Below, piece by piece: positions 13,225 through 27,879 of a DNA stretch of 64,000 nucleotides (within the stretch, counting starts at the first letter, position 1; every line of letters begins with the position of its first letter). Made by a program: the position numbers and the translations under genes. The notes beneath the pieces are model-generated. The model ran no database searches. It saw only the letters and a program-made list of their open reading frames with translations, and was not told the DNA's origin. The stretch comes from the human T2T-CHM13v2.0 reference genome, Homo sapiens, in NCBI RefSeq assembly GCF_009914755.1, contig NC_060936.1; one strand, written 5' to 3'.

Positions 13225-15420
13225 AACTCAAAAATATGACACCAAGAAAACTGTTACAGCTAATAAGTGATTTCAGCAAGGTTGCAGGATACAAGATCAA
13301 TACACAAAAGTCAACTATATTTTTGTATGCTGGCAATGAACAATCTGAAAATGAAATAAATCTTACAAAAACATCAAGAAGAATAAAATACTTAGGAATA
13401 AAGTTAGCAAAAGAAGTGTAAGACTTGAACGCTGAAAACTATAAAGTGTCATTGAAAGAAATTGAAGAAGACCTAAATAAATGGAAAGATATCCTATGCT
13501 CACAGATTGGAAGACTTAATATCATTAGAATGTCAATACTCCCCAAATTCACCTACATATTCAATGCCATCCCTATCAAAATACTACCTGGCTTATTTGC
13601 AGAAATTGATAGACTAACTCTAAAATTTTTGGAAATGCAAGGGACCCAGAATGGCCAAAACTATCTTTAAAAAGGGAAATGAAATTGGATGTTTTACATT
13701 TCCTGATTTTAAAACTGACTACAAAGCTACAAAGACTGTGAGGTACGGCCATAAAGACAGACATGTAGATCAATGGAATAGAATTAAAAGTTCAGGTGTA
13801 AACTACTATGTTTATGGTCAATTGATTTTCGACAAGGGAGCCAAGATGACTCAATGGGGGAAAGAATAATTTTTCAACAAATGATGCTGGAGCGACATGC
13901 CACATGCAATGTTATAAAGTTAGATGTCTCCTTCACATAATACACAAAAACTTACTCAAAATGAATTAACTATAAAACTATTAGAAGAAAACACAGGTGT
14001 ACATCTTTGTGGCCTTGAATTATGCAATGGTTTCTTAGACATTATACTTAAAACACAAGAAACCAAAGGTAAAAAAATAGATAAATTAGGCTTCATCAAA
14101 GTTTAAGTCTTTTGTGTTTCAAAGGATACTATCAAGAAAGTGAAAAGACAACCTACAGAATGAGAAAATATTTGCAAATCATATACAGTGTCAGATAAAG
14201 TTCTAGTATCCAGAATATATAAGGAGCTTCTACAACTCAACAACAAAAAGACAAAGAACCCATCTTGAAAATGGGCGAAGGATTTGCATAGACAGTTCTC
14301 CAAAAAAGGTATAGAAATGGCAAATACACATGAAAAGATGCTTAGCATCGTTAGTCATCAGTGAAATGTAAATCAAAACCACAATGAGATACCACTGCAC
14401 ATCAACTAGCTTGGCTAGAATAAAAAAGGTGAACAACAATAACAGGTGTTGGCAAGAATTCGGAGAAAATGGAAACCTCATACATTCTTGGTGGGAATGT
14501 AAAATGATGTGGCCAGTTTAGAAAACAGTTTAGCAGGTCCTTAAAAAGTTAAACATAGAGTTAACACGTAACCCAGCAATTCCACTCCTAGGTATATACC
14601 CAAGAGAAATGAAAACAAGTCCACACAAAAATTTGCACCTGAATGTTGATAGCATTATTTGCAATAGCCAAAAAGTGGAAAAAACCCAAATGTGCATCAA
14701 CTGATGGATAAACAAAATGTGGTATATCCATACCAGAGGCATTATGTGGCAATAAAAATGAAGTGTACTGGTTCATGCTAAAACATGGATGAAACTTGAA
14801 GACACAATGCTAAGTGAAAGAAGCCAGTCATGAAAGGTCACATATTGTATGACTGTGTTCATATGAAACGTCCATGATAGGCCAAATGTATAGAGACAGC
14901 AGATTAGTGGTTTCAAGGTGCTAGGGTGGGGAAAAGGGAGATCATAGATAATGGATATAGGATTTCTTTTGGGGGTCATGAAAATGTTCTTGAATTAAAT
15001 AGTGATGATGATTGCACAACATTGTGAATCTATAATAGTCCCTCCATATTTATGGGTTCCAATTCCATGAATTCAACCAACCTTGGATCAAAAGTATTCA
15101 GGGAAAAATTTTCATCTGTATGAAGATGTACAGACACTTTTTTGTCATTGTTGCCTAGACAATGTAGTATAACAACTATTTACATGACATTTACATTCTA
15201 TTAGGTATTATAAGTAATCTGACAATGATTTAAAGTGTACAGGAGGATGTGCATAGGTTATATGCAAATACTATGCCATTTTATATCAGGCAATTGAGCA
15301 TCCATGGATTTTTGAAGGTCCTGGAACCAATCCCCCACAGATACTGAGGTACAACTGTACTTAAAAAACAATGAACTGTATAAATAAGTGAATGTTATAC
15401 GTGATTTATATTTCAATTAA
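13225..15420 (+). mobile_element. 5'-truncated L1 (L1MB-like): broken ORF2 3' half plus 3' UTR
   Basis: ORF pieces FSKVAGYKINTQKS, KWKDILCSQIGRLNIIRMSILPK and DQWNRI...YGQLIFDKGAK are L1 ORF2 homologs with frameshifts and stops. Confidence 0.92.
15035..15359. mobile_element. MER2-like Tigger element nested in the L1 3' UTR
   Basis: attcaaccaaccttggatcaaaa...ggtcctggaaccaatcccccacagatactgag. Confidence 0.85.
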
Positions 15421-15462
15421 AAATATATTTCAGATATGCAAAAATGTATAAAGAATCATATA

Positions 15463-15758
<296 letters not shown>

Positions 15759-15974
15759 ATTATATTTAAAAACTAAAATATATGTCTATAAAATTATATA
15801 TTTTTAAAAAACATTTTTAGTATACTATTTCTGGTTGTCCCTTTGTAACCAAATCAAGGATATGTTATATTACCTATTCAATTACAAAAATGGAATCATT
15901 TCTTTAAAAAAGTCAATTGATCAAAAATTAGAGTGTCCAAAGAATTATTAGCATATTTCTGCTCTTGTCAGGGC

Positions 15975-16380
15975 TTGTGTTAGGGGTTCTCCAATAGGAT
16001 ATATATACAGAGAGAGAGATACATGAAATGGGATTAATAAATGAAATCCTGAGGTCAGTCGCTGGACCCACAGTCCTCCATCCAACAGGGGGTGCTGTTT
16101 AGGTTCGAATGAACCCAGCACTGAATCCACTGTCCATACCCTTAGCCATGATCCTGTTGCAGCAGCAGGCTCAAGTTTGGGGGCCCAAGGCATACAATGT
16201 GGTGGGTGATGGGTGGGGTTGTCTGAAAGAACAAGAATAGAACTTTATACGATGGGGCCCAGACCAGGAAGGGGTGAACTCTGAGCTTCATGGTAAACCC
16301 ATCTGTAACTGAACAGCCTCCAATATCAGCAACCTTGTGATTTTTTATGAGATGATAGTGCCCCTGCATCACTTCAGCAT
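15975..16380. mobile_element. MLT2/ERVL fragments
   Basis: gttaggggttctccaataggatatatat...agagag start, followed by ERVL-internal-like sequence. Confidence 0.45.
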
Positions 16381-16699
16381 CTGAAAATAATAATAAAATG
16401 AAAGTAAAGTCCTGAGTCTCCGTATTATGAAACCTTGAAGTTACCCAATCAACTTGATTCCATGAAATTTAAGGCTGTAAAGTTTTTCAAACAGAGCCAA
16501 CAGGTACTTCCAGCAGGAGTTCCCTGGAGCTGGATCCTAGGCTAAGAGATTGGGAGAATTTTCTTTTCTTTCTTTTTTTCTTTTTTTTTAAGCATAGCTC
16601 ACCGAGGGTCCTGCCATTATTTCAATAGTCAGTGACTGGTCAGGAACATAAGCAACTAATCAAAGATCAGCAGTGTCTGTAACGTAAACTCAAGGGAGG

Positions 16700-16937
16700 T
16701 TGGGTTTCCAGTTCTTATCTCCCTGGAGCAGCCCGGTGTGCCTACATGTAGACGGCCATAAGATGCAGTTTCTGCCTCCCACCGTAAATTATTAACTTAG
16801 CTCCACCCCGCAAGCTAGAATCGCCTCATACCTTGTTGCTGGATGTCAGGCATCACAGAATCATAAGTCAGTGGGAAGCAACTTTTGAATGGCTCAAGAG
16901 GAATAGTTGTTAACAACCTGCTCTCCCTCTGTGCGTG
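16700..16937 (+). promoter_or_regulatory. Candidate non-CpG-island promoter/5' UTR of the upstream MYO1H exon
   Basis: Unique sequence; HNF1-like GTAAATTATTAAC (16784-16796), palindrome GTTGTTAACAAC (16906-16917), short uORF 16889-16906. Confidence 0.4.
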
Positions 16938-16949
16938 ATGGAATCCAAG
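16938..16949 (+). CDS. MYO1H: Candidate coding part of MYO1H first exon (MESK)
   Basis: Strong Kozak gtgATGg, four codons, then AAG|gtaatg phase-0 donor matching the phase-0 open 5' part of exon 57566. Lies in unique non-repeat sequence. The splice link is inferred. Confidence 0.65.
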
Positions 16950-17207
16950 GTAATGTGACTTGAACACTAGAAGGTGGTTACACCTGGTGACCTCTTTTCT
17001 ACCAAGAACTTTCCAAATGGCTATAATGCTGGGCCTCTGCTAGGCCTGGAGAGAGAACTGGGCGTGTGAATAAGATTCTGAATTTATTTGATGAAAAATT
17101 CTATGTTAAGATGATCATGTAGATATCTCCCTTCTGTTGCTGGGGGCAAGTACGATGATTTAGAACCAAAGCATGGGAGAGTTACCAATTCATTTCACAT
17201 TGGTCTA

Positions 17208-17405
17208 GAACAGCGTGCTGTGCAATAAAGACAGAAATGGTCTCTGTTAGCACTGCCTAATGCAAGAGCTCTTGGCTATGTGTGACTACTGAGTGGTTAA
17301 ACTGTGGCTGGTTCCTGGGGAACTGAATTGTAAATTTGACTGAATTTTCATTAATTTAAATAGTCACATGTGGCTAGTGGCTACTGTGTTAGCATGGTTG
17401 GGTCT
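17208..17405. mobile_element. hAT-Charlie MITE (MER3-like)
   Basis: aatttaaatagtcacatgtggctagtggctac. Confidence 0.7.
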
Positions 17406-18332
17406 TAAATAATAGATGGTGACCTCATGTTGAAGGAAATTGTAGGTAATAATTGGCCTTACATGTAAGACTATTGGTACATTTTCTTCATTACCCTAGA
17501 TACCTTGTGTTTCCTTTTAAATGCGATAAGCCCAACTTGTCCCAGGTAATGATCATTTTAAGAAGCTAAGACAGCTGTTTTTATTATCAGGTAGACAATG
17601 GTAAAGCTCTCCTGGGAAGATGGAAGACAGAACTTGAGTGTCAAACCTATTGCCTCTTTCCAGGAGTTAATTCTAAGCATAAAGACTTCCAAGGACAGGT
17701 TTTCTGGGTTTCGATAGCATAATCATCTCATGTGTTCTCTGTTTAGAAAACATTATCTGCTGAAGGATTGTTTCTTTTCTTGCCTAGACAGCCAAAAAGC
17801 TTACAGAAACATTTATGGATGTAGTTAGAATAATTTCGTAGCTGTTCACAGAAGCCTCAGGCACCATGAAGAAACCCTAGCTACAGCTTGTCATTGATCC
17901 ATTCAGTCAATTACCCATTTCTATAGCACTGAATACTGTCACCTTGGCAACTGGTAACTCAAAATGGCACTGTCCTTGACCGAAAATGTATCTGAATGCC
18001 CATAACAAAGTCCTGGTTTTAGATGCCATTCTTGCATGATATCTCAAAGTGGTAACTCTAGGAAGCATGATTCATTGGGAGAAAATAATTTAGTTGATGG
18101 ACAGAGAGGAGTATTTGCTGTAGGTCTTGCAGTGAAAGACAACAGATAGGTCTGTCCTCAAGGTCGCATGTGCCTTTTTTTAAATTGTCATGGCTTTACA
18201 AAATGCACGTAGAAGTAACCATGCAGATTGACTTATACATAGTTACACTTTTTTGAAAAATGGAGGAAGCTCTTCCTTCTTATGAATTAATTCCCAGATT
18301 CCTTTGGTAAAACATTATTTGGATAGAGTTTA

Positions 18333-18655
<323 letters not shown>

Positions 18656-18657
18656 GA

Positions 18658-18978
<321 letters not shown>

Positions 18979-19250
18979 TTATATTATATTAAATATTAGA
19001 GATGGAACCATTCAGAAATGACCTCGGAAGGAGCTGAGTTTGATGAACAAAGCAAAATGAAGAACTGAAGCACCATGAATAACAATGCTGATTTTAGCGA
19101 GCATTTGCTTCATGCCGTTGATTGTCATTGTCCACATGGTAGCATATTTAGTTCGCAGGTGATTCATTCAAAAGCTCACTTTATGCAAATCATCGGGGCA
19201 GTTGCCTGTTCTCTCCAAGTTAGTTGGGTTGTAGGGAATCCATAAACTCC

Positions 19251-19609
19251 TGATATGGTTTGGCTGTGTCCCCACCCAAATCTCATCTTGAATTGTAGCT
19301 CCCATAATTCCCTCGTGTTGTGGGAGGGACCCGGTGGGAGATTATCGAATCATGGGGGCAGTTTCCCCCATACTGTTCTCATGGTAGTGAATAAGTCTCA
19401 TGAGATCTGATGGTCTTATAAGGGGAAACCCCCTTCGCTTGGCTCTCATTCTCTTCTCTGCCGCCATGTGAGGCATGGCTTTCACCTTCCACCGAGGTTG
19501 TAAGGCCTCCCCAGCCACGTGGAACTGTGAGTGCATGGAACCTCTTTCCTTTGTAAATTGCCCAGTCTCAAGTATGTCTTTATTAGCAGCGTGAAAACGA
19601 ACTAATAAA
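19251..19609 (+). mobile_element. THE1 solo LTR
   Basis: tgatatggtttggctgtgtcccc...actaata; TSD actcc/gctcc. Confidence 0.95.
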
Positions 19610-22099
19610 GCTCCCTGTCAGATAATGAGGAAGAGACTCATGGCTTATATCCATGTTCATTCAATATTTATAGAAGGTGGCTTCTACTGTTTCAGATGAG
19701 CACTTTTCCATGGTTCAAATATGTTTTCCTGACTTTATAACACATCAAAGAATCAAAGTGATATAGGTAATTTTAAAAAGATTTTTATTTTAAAATAATG
19801 ATAGACTCACAAGAAGTAACAAAAATAATACAGAGAGGTCTCAAATATCCCTCAATCGTTACATCTTACATAATTAGAGCACAATATCTAAACCAGGACA
19901 AATAATGCTGGTACAATGTGCATATACAGTTACATGCCATTTTGTTACATCTGTAGATTTATGGAACAACCACCATCAGTAGTAATTATTTTTACCCTGA
20001 GTGTCATAAGTGCTAATTAATTAAGCTCATTAAGCCTTGAATAGACTCATTCTCATGTTCCATTAGTAGGCAGGTTCACTAGAAGATGGGTGAAGTGGTG
20101 TACAAGTAATATGTTGGGTTCAGCACATAACTGGGTTAGATAAATTGCTTCCTGGATCTTATTTCAGAGACCTTTATTTTTAATTTTGCAACTGATCTTA
20201 CTATCACTGATTTTCACATCAAAGCTTGAATTTAAACCTGGCCAGGATGTTTTTATATTATTACCGTAAAAACTCTTATGCCAGGTAAAAATATGAACAC
20301 TTTCCTCCCATCAGCCTCTACTATCTTACCTTATCTTTTGACTAACAAAATAAACATTTTATATCAAAACCGTGGGGGGAAAAAGCCAAATCACACAGTT
20401 TCACCGCAGACACTTATGACAATATTTTAAGGTAACTTCCTAATTAACCATCTTTTTATTGGTATCTGTTTAAAAGCCATCTAAAAGATTAGACATTGTG
20501 TCCAGAACTGGTGCCTTGTTCACTGCTCCTGTAATTGCGTTATATTTCTAAAGAGATTGTAAATTCCTGGGGACCAGGTACCTTCTATAATGCCTTGCAC
20601 ACAGTAGATGCTCAGAAAATATTTGCTGATTGGTTGTTCAGCTGCTGGGTTCACTTGAAAAATAAGAAGAAAGCCCCCATGGCTAGGATGATTGCAATCA
20701 CATTTATGTCCCTGTTAGAGTCACTCAAATTTCCAGTGTCATCATTTGCTTCTTAAGCCGAAAACACGGATTCTGGAGTAAATGTTTCTAATAGTAGTTT
20801 TTGCAGATGCCACAAAATTATTTCATTTAGTCTCTGCTTGGTAAAAGCACCATCTAATGTGGAAGATTCCACGGTGGTTGGAGATGCTGCTTCAAATTAC
20901 TGCATGCTTTTACTCATCGCTGTCATATGTAGAAAAGGAAACTCTATTTTCCCTTCCACGCTATTTTCTAGACATTCAGGATTCCATAAGATATGCTTTG
21001 CTCTCTTTGCTTCAGAATGTAACTTTTACTAGTGAGTGGGACAAGAAGTTTCTCTCAATACAGTCCAGAAGATGAAGCCTTTTTTCTCTTTTGGGGAATG
21101 GATTCCTTGTCGTCACATAAGCCTGGCTCTGTTCATAATACCACTTTTATTTTTTTCCATAAAAATAGCTTTTTAATTACATAAATGATAAATGACCATT
21201 GTAGAAAGGATCTTTTAAACGGTATAGGAAATTGTAAGAAAATGACAATGATTTGAAATTCTGCCAGCCCTGGCTAACAACGGCATGCTGAGGCCCATGC
21301 ATCTTGCATTTCTTCGTGTGCATGAGCATATTCAGCCCTCATCTCTCACCTCCCACTCTCCACCTCCTTCCCCCAGGGTCTTTATGTAATTGTCTCCACG
21401 GTCATAGAAACATATGGGGCTATTTGGGTAGCTACCCACATACATACATGAATGTATTTTCATCATTGTTTATTCTACGAAACTAGAATCCTTATTACAT
21501 ACACTTTTGCTACATCTTGCATGTCTCGTTATAGACATCTCTTGAGCCTTTTAGCATAGATCTAACAGATTATTTTTCTCCCCGACATGTATGATGAAGT
21601 GTGTTAAACATACAGAAAAGAAGAAATTGTACAGAAAACACCCACTACCTAGATTCTACCATTAACCTATTACTTATGCTTATTTTTCATCTATCTATCC
21701 CTGTAACCACTAATGTATCTTATTTTGGGGGGATAGATTTCAAAGAAAGTTGCAGACATCAGCATACTTCCCCTAAATGCTTTGCACACCTGCCATTAGC
21801 TCGTGTTCAGTGTTTTTTCTTTCGAGGTAAATAGTATATACAATCTAAAGCACTAACCTTGGATATTTCATTTGGTAAGTTTTGATGAAGGTATATACCT
21901 GTGTGACCCAAATCCCTATAGAGACACAGAGCACCACTATTACCTCAAAAGGTGTTCTCATGCCCCCACCCAATATAATACCAGTTTTAGTAGAGTCTTC
22001 AAGTGGTAACATTTGTTGATGAAAATAATTTTAGTCCTTAATATTAATACTATAATCAAGGGTACTTGCCCCAAATACTCATAAACAATATTATTGTGA

Positions 22100-22526
<427 letters not shown>

Positions 22527-22559
22527 TTATAAAGATGAATCACGTTATTTTTAAAATGA

Positions 22560-22934
<375 letters not shown>

Positions 22935-23298
22935 AGCAGTGGTAATTTCTGAGCAGTGGGATTATGAATGATTTTTATTCTCTTTGTTGCATTTTTTCCA
23001 GAATGTCTAAAATAAAGGTGTAATTCTGTAATCAAACAAAAAGATCCCATTTTAAAGAGTTTTAGGGGCTTTTAATAGCTGTTTATTTAATAAGTATATT
23101 TTTCATCCCCATCTGTCTTATCACAAATCATTCAGTGCAATAGCAAAATTCAGAAAAGTAAAATTGTAAGAATTGTACACATTTATCTTTATTTCTTGCA
23201 TATTTGTCACACAAGGGGTGACTGTGTATGCTCTTCCTTCTTCTTTTACTCTCCGTCTCCTCCCTTGCCATAATAAGCTATAAAAATCCCAGCCTGAA

Positions 23299-23655
<357 letters not shown>

Positions 23656-24640
23656 TTACCACATGCCCAGGATAAGTGCCCAAGATGTCTGCCCTTTAGG
23701 GAATGAATGTTTCCAGTAAACATAGCCAGTTTCTGGCTAAAGAGCTTGTATATTTTGCTTTTTATTTAAAAATTGGGACAGAAAAAAATATGTTTCTTCA
23801 ACAAGAGGAATCTTAGGGACTAGCAGTATCTTTTTGGTTTCAGTGTCTGCCTAGCCTTTACTTTTACACATTTGAGATTAGACCTTTTTGGCCCAACTCT
23901 CCAGAAGGAAGAGAAGAGAACAGGGGGCCTGTCCTCCTTGGCAAGGTTAGTATTACAAATGAGAAATAGCCTGACTTGCATTTGGTATGGAGGAAAAGGG
24001 GTTGGAAAAATTCTAATAAGGTCTAGTTGTGGGAAAAGAAGGAAAAGCTGGCCTTGCCATCCGCACAGTCAACAGGCCCTGAGTTCCTGGTAGCCGGAGC
24101 TGGCAGAAGTCTATCCTGGTGGTCTTGGTTCCTTCCTCCCTCCTCTGTGAGCCCCCTTTTCTACCCCACAGTGTTTGGTGGAGTTTTCTGTCTCTGGTGG
24201 TCTTCAATATGAATGTTTCTGTATTCACACGACTTCAGGGGAATAACAATTCTCCTTACGTGCAATCTTCCTTAACTTAATCTTTAAATTTTCCCTAGAT
24301 CACTGGGGAAACGTGCGACTGGGTCATATTCACACCCATGTAATTTAAACAGCAAAGTGCACCTGAATCACCTCAGGGAACTTGTTGAAATGCAGATTCT
24401 GACTCAAGCAGGACCTGAGGTTTTGTTCTGTGGATGCTCGAACTGCATCCATGGACCACAATTTAAGGGCTTATAGCTATGGGCCTGGGATATACCCTTA
24501 TAGAAATTATCTACGATACCTGTCGAGCATGCAGCTTCCTGAGCCCTCCTCTTGTGGGTTTTCTAGATCCACCAGGATGCTAAAGTTTGCATCCTGCATG
24601 TAAAATTCCTGCATGCTGAGGTTTGAGAACCACAGCCTTA

Positions 24641-25004
24641 GGTTTTTGTTTTTTTGGTTTGTTTTTGTTTTGTTTGGTTTGGTTTGGTTTTTCTTTGTTT
24701 GTTTTTTGGTTTTTCTTTTTCTTTTTTTTTTTGGGAGATGAAGTCTCTGTCACCCAGGCTGGAGTGCAGTGGCCTGATCTTGGCTCACTGCAACCTCTGA
24801 CTCCTGCCTCAGCCTCCCAAGTAGCTGGGATTACAGGTGTGTGCTGCCACGCCCAGCAAATTTTTTTTTTTTTTCTGGTATTTTTAGTAGAGATAGGGTT
24901 TCATCATGTTGGCCAGGCTGATCTTAAACTCCTGACCTCAAGTGATCTGCCCGTCCTGGCCTCTCAAAGTGCTCGGATTACAGGCGTGAGCCACCACACC
25001 TGGC
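24641..25004 (-). mobile_element. Alu with internal deletion and long (GTTT)-type tail, beside MER5-like relics (24340-24635)
   Basis: TSD acagccttag. Confidence 0.9.
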
Positions 25005-25599
25005 CACAGCCTTAGCTTTAAGTGGTTTCTAAATGTACCTCAAGTCACAACCACTTTTAACCAAGTATTATTTAAACACCCCTTTTTGGGTGATGAATAA
25101 TTTAAAAGCCATGTTGAAAGCTGTCTACTGTGTGAAGTCTACTAATTTTCTTACTAACCCAAGGGACTCAGACTGAGATGAAAAAACAAAACCCTGAAAA
25201 AAATTTGCATTTGATGGTCCAAACAGGTTTTAACATAATCCATTGTCAATATCCAATTTCTACTGAGTGTTTGCAAGGCTCCCAGACCATGAAATATCTT
25301 TTGTTCCAGAGAAAGATAGCTGTGGATACCAGGAGGATTCTCCTTAAGGCAAGAAAAGCCCTTTCTGTTTGTTTTTGTTTTTTTGTTTTTTTACAAGATC
25401 AGCTACAAATTCTTTTAGGTAAACAACTTCAAAGAACCTCATGGGCTCTGGGAAAGCTTAAATGTGATCAGAATATATATCCTCTATTTAAAACTGCTAT
25501 AAACTTCCAACAATTTTTTTTTCTAACATTTATCAGTAGGAAGTAGTGCAAGAAGACTAGGCTTTGCATTTAATGTTTTTTAACCCTCTATTTATGCTG

Positions 25600-26350
25600 A
25601 AAAAGATGGTCATGTAATGGCATTTTTTTCCCCTCCACCTCTAACTCCCGTGGGCCAATTTAAGGCTATGAACTGCTCTCATTTTTACTAGGAGACTAAT
25701 CTCTAAGGTAATTTAGAAGCACTATTCTGTTTGCTGATATTCATAATTATACGCATTCAGTGGTGATTAAGAGGCTGCAGCTGGATAATAAAACACCAAC
25801 AGTCCCCTTGTTGTTAGATAAAAAGATAATCCTTCATTTCAACTGTAGAGCTGTCAGTGTTGGGTAAATCAAACACATAAAAACTTGCAATATTATCATT
25901 CTCAGATTTGATCCTTGTAAATTCCATAGCTAAGACCCCTTGAATCAAAGCATCAGACCGTGCTTCTTTCTTGATGTGTGTTTGGTTTACATTTTAGCTG
26001 CCACTGAATATTATTCCAAACTGGGGACAGCACCTTCTGAGGGGCTTCCTAGAGGGCAGCCCTCTCCATCTGGTCATTGAACAAAAATGCATTCAGTTCT
26101 ATGAGGAAAACTACTACCTGCTCTTTGCAGCATTAATTTCTGGTTCGTGTTTAGTGAGCCAGGAAGCAGTCATGGGTTTGGAAAGGTGATGTCTCAACTC
26201 GGGTTTTAAATAGCATTCTTTTTCAACACTGTTAGGTGCTGTGAACACAGAGCTGCTGGGAATAAAAAAAGGTCTTAATTTAGAAGTATCCCAACTTGAG
26301 GGATGTATTACAAACCATTAAACATTGATTGGAAAAGGGTTATATTGGAA
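25600..26350. promoter_or_regulatory. Repeat-free enhancer-like block with a Meis plus Pbx-Hox-like composite
   Basis: CTGTCA 25851-25856 next to GTAAATCA 25864-25871 (TGATTTAC on the minus strand); several TAAT cores and CAGCTG E-boxes. Confidence 0.4.
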
Positions 26351-26451
26351 ATTCCACTTTGCTTCTCTTGGTGTGTGCAGTTTTAAAATACCATTGATTC
26401 AGAAATATGGTTCCTAAGGAAAGAAGGATGTGTGCTAAACGGGACATTGAA

Positions 26452-26892
26452 CAGGGTTGGCAAACTTTTTCTGTAAAGGGCCAGATAGTAAGTATCTTAG
26501 GCTCACCTCTTTGTAGCATAAAAGCAGCCATAGGCAAACATAAATGTGTCTGTGTTCCAATAAAACTTTATTTATGGATACTGAAATTTGAATTTCATAT
26601 AATTTTCTCATGCCATGAAATACTATTCTCTTGATTTTTTTTCTCCCAACCATTTCTCATGCCATGAAATACTATTCTCTTGATTTTTTTTCTCCCAACC
26701 ATTTCTCATGCCATGAAATACTATTCTCTTGATTTTTTTTCTCCCAACCATTTCTCATGCCATGAAATACTATTCTCTTGATTTTTTTCTCCCAACCATT
26801 TAAAAATGTAAAAGCCATTCTTAGCTCAAGTGTCATTCTAAAACAGGCAGTGGGCTGGACTGGGGCCATGGGCCATCATTTGCTGATTTTTC
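26452..26892 (+). mobile_element. MER58B hAT-Charlie MITE
   Basis: cagggttggcaaactttttctgtaaagggccagatagtaa...tgttccaataaaactttatttatgga...tttgctga. Confidence 0.88.
26604..26798. repeat. 49-bp minisatellite, 4 copies
   Basis: Unit tttctcatgccatgaaatactattctcttgattttttttctcccaacca at 26604, 26653, 26702, 26751; the last copy has one T fewer. Confidence 0.97.
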
Positions 26893-27162
26893 ATGCAGAG
26901 CAGCAAAACTGTTCTTGCTTTTTGAATTTCCTTGACCACTCACTGAGTTTCTACAGTTGGCATCATTATGAATATTGCTTTCTACTTAAGCATCCACTGA
27001 TATCTAGTATGTTCTTAGGTTTGGCTCGATGACCAGAGGCAGTTTTCAATAACGCATCATGACAATTACCAGAAGCAAATGTAATGTGCAAATATCAGGA
27101 TTGCTGTCATAAGAAAAATAACACAGTGACACAAGTCATTTTTTTAGAAATGTAAAAAGGTA

Positions 27163-27506
27163 TACAAGACTGTAAACCTGAAGTCCTGGTTGGTTTTTAA
27201 GCCTTAGACATAAGGCAACCACAGGATTCCGTGTTAGGGGAGAAATAGAAACAATAATCTACCCTTTTTGACGGTATAATCAAGTTGATCTCTTTTGGTT
27301 CTGCTATTTCCCTGCTATCTCCACAAGGCTAACTAATTTTCCAGATAAAACAGGGCTTCTCACCTACTTAGCTTCCCTAACTGTAATTTTATAAAGAGTA
27401 AGTTGAAAATGAAAGTGTGGACTTCGTCTCCGGGACTGTTGTCCTAATTCTTTTCTTTGAGGGAAAATACAACAGAATTTTGCCATGCAATGTTTTCGAA
27501 AGGCTT
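27163..27506 (+). repeat. Local direct duplication, copy 1
   Basis: Aligns by eye to 29667-30058, e.g. shared tgttaggggagaaatagaaacaataatctac and ggaaaatacaacagaattttgccatgcaatgtttt. Confidence 0.92.
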
Positions 27507-27879
27507 TTTATGAAAGCCAGTTCCTATTCTGACTCACTGGTTTCCTCTCAGTGCATTCTGCAAGCATCACGAGATAGTGTGTTCTCTGCAGTATGCAGAG
27601 TAAAAGCGATACCATGAGCGTTTTAGGTCTGTACATATTCCTTTATGATTAGTTACATCAGATAATCTGGCGAGGCTTTAAGATTTTTTTTTTTTTTCCT
27701 CCACCACTTCTGGGGGAAACATCCTGTGGTGTTAAAAAAAAAAAAAAAAAAAAAGGCTCTAAGATAAATATTTCCCAACCTTTCCAATAGGGTTTTGGGC
27801 CTTTGGGTATGAGTTTTTAGTAAAATTTTTAAACACAGGCATTCAAGGAATATACACCCAGCCCATCAGGAGTTGGCAT

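Noticed and set aside
13236-14106. Reverse-transcriptase-like ORFs as an active element or domesticated gene
   Set aside because: Fragmented by frameshifts and stops and 5'-truncated; an ordinary dead L1.
26604-26798. CRISPR-like array
   Set aside because: Units are contiguous with no unique spacers, there are no cas genes, and the context is human; it is a minisatellite.
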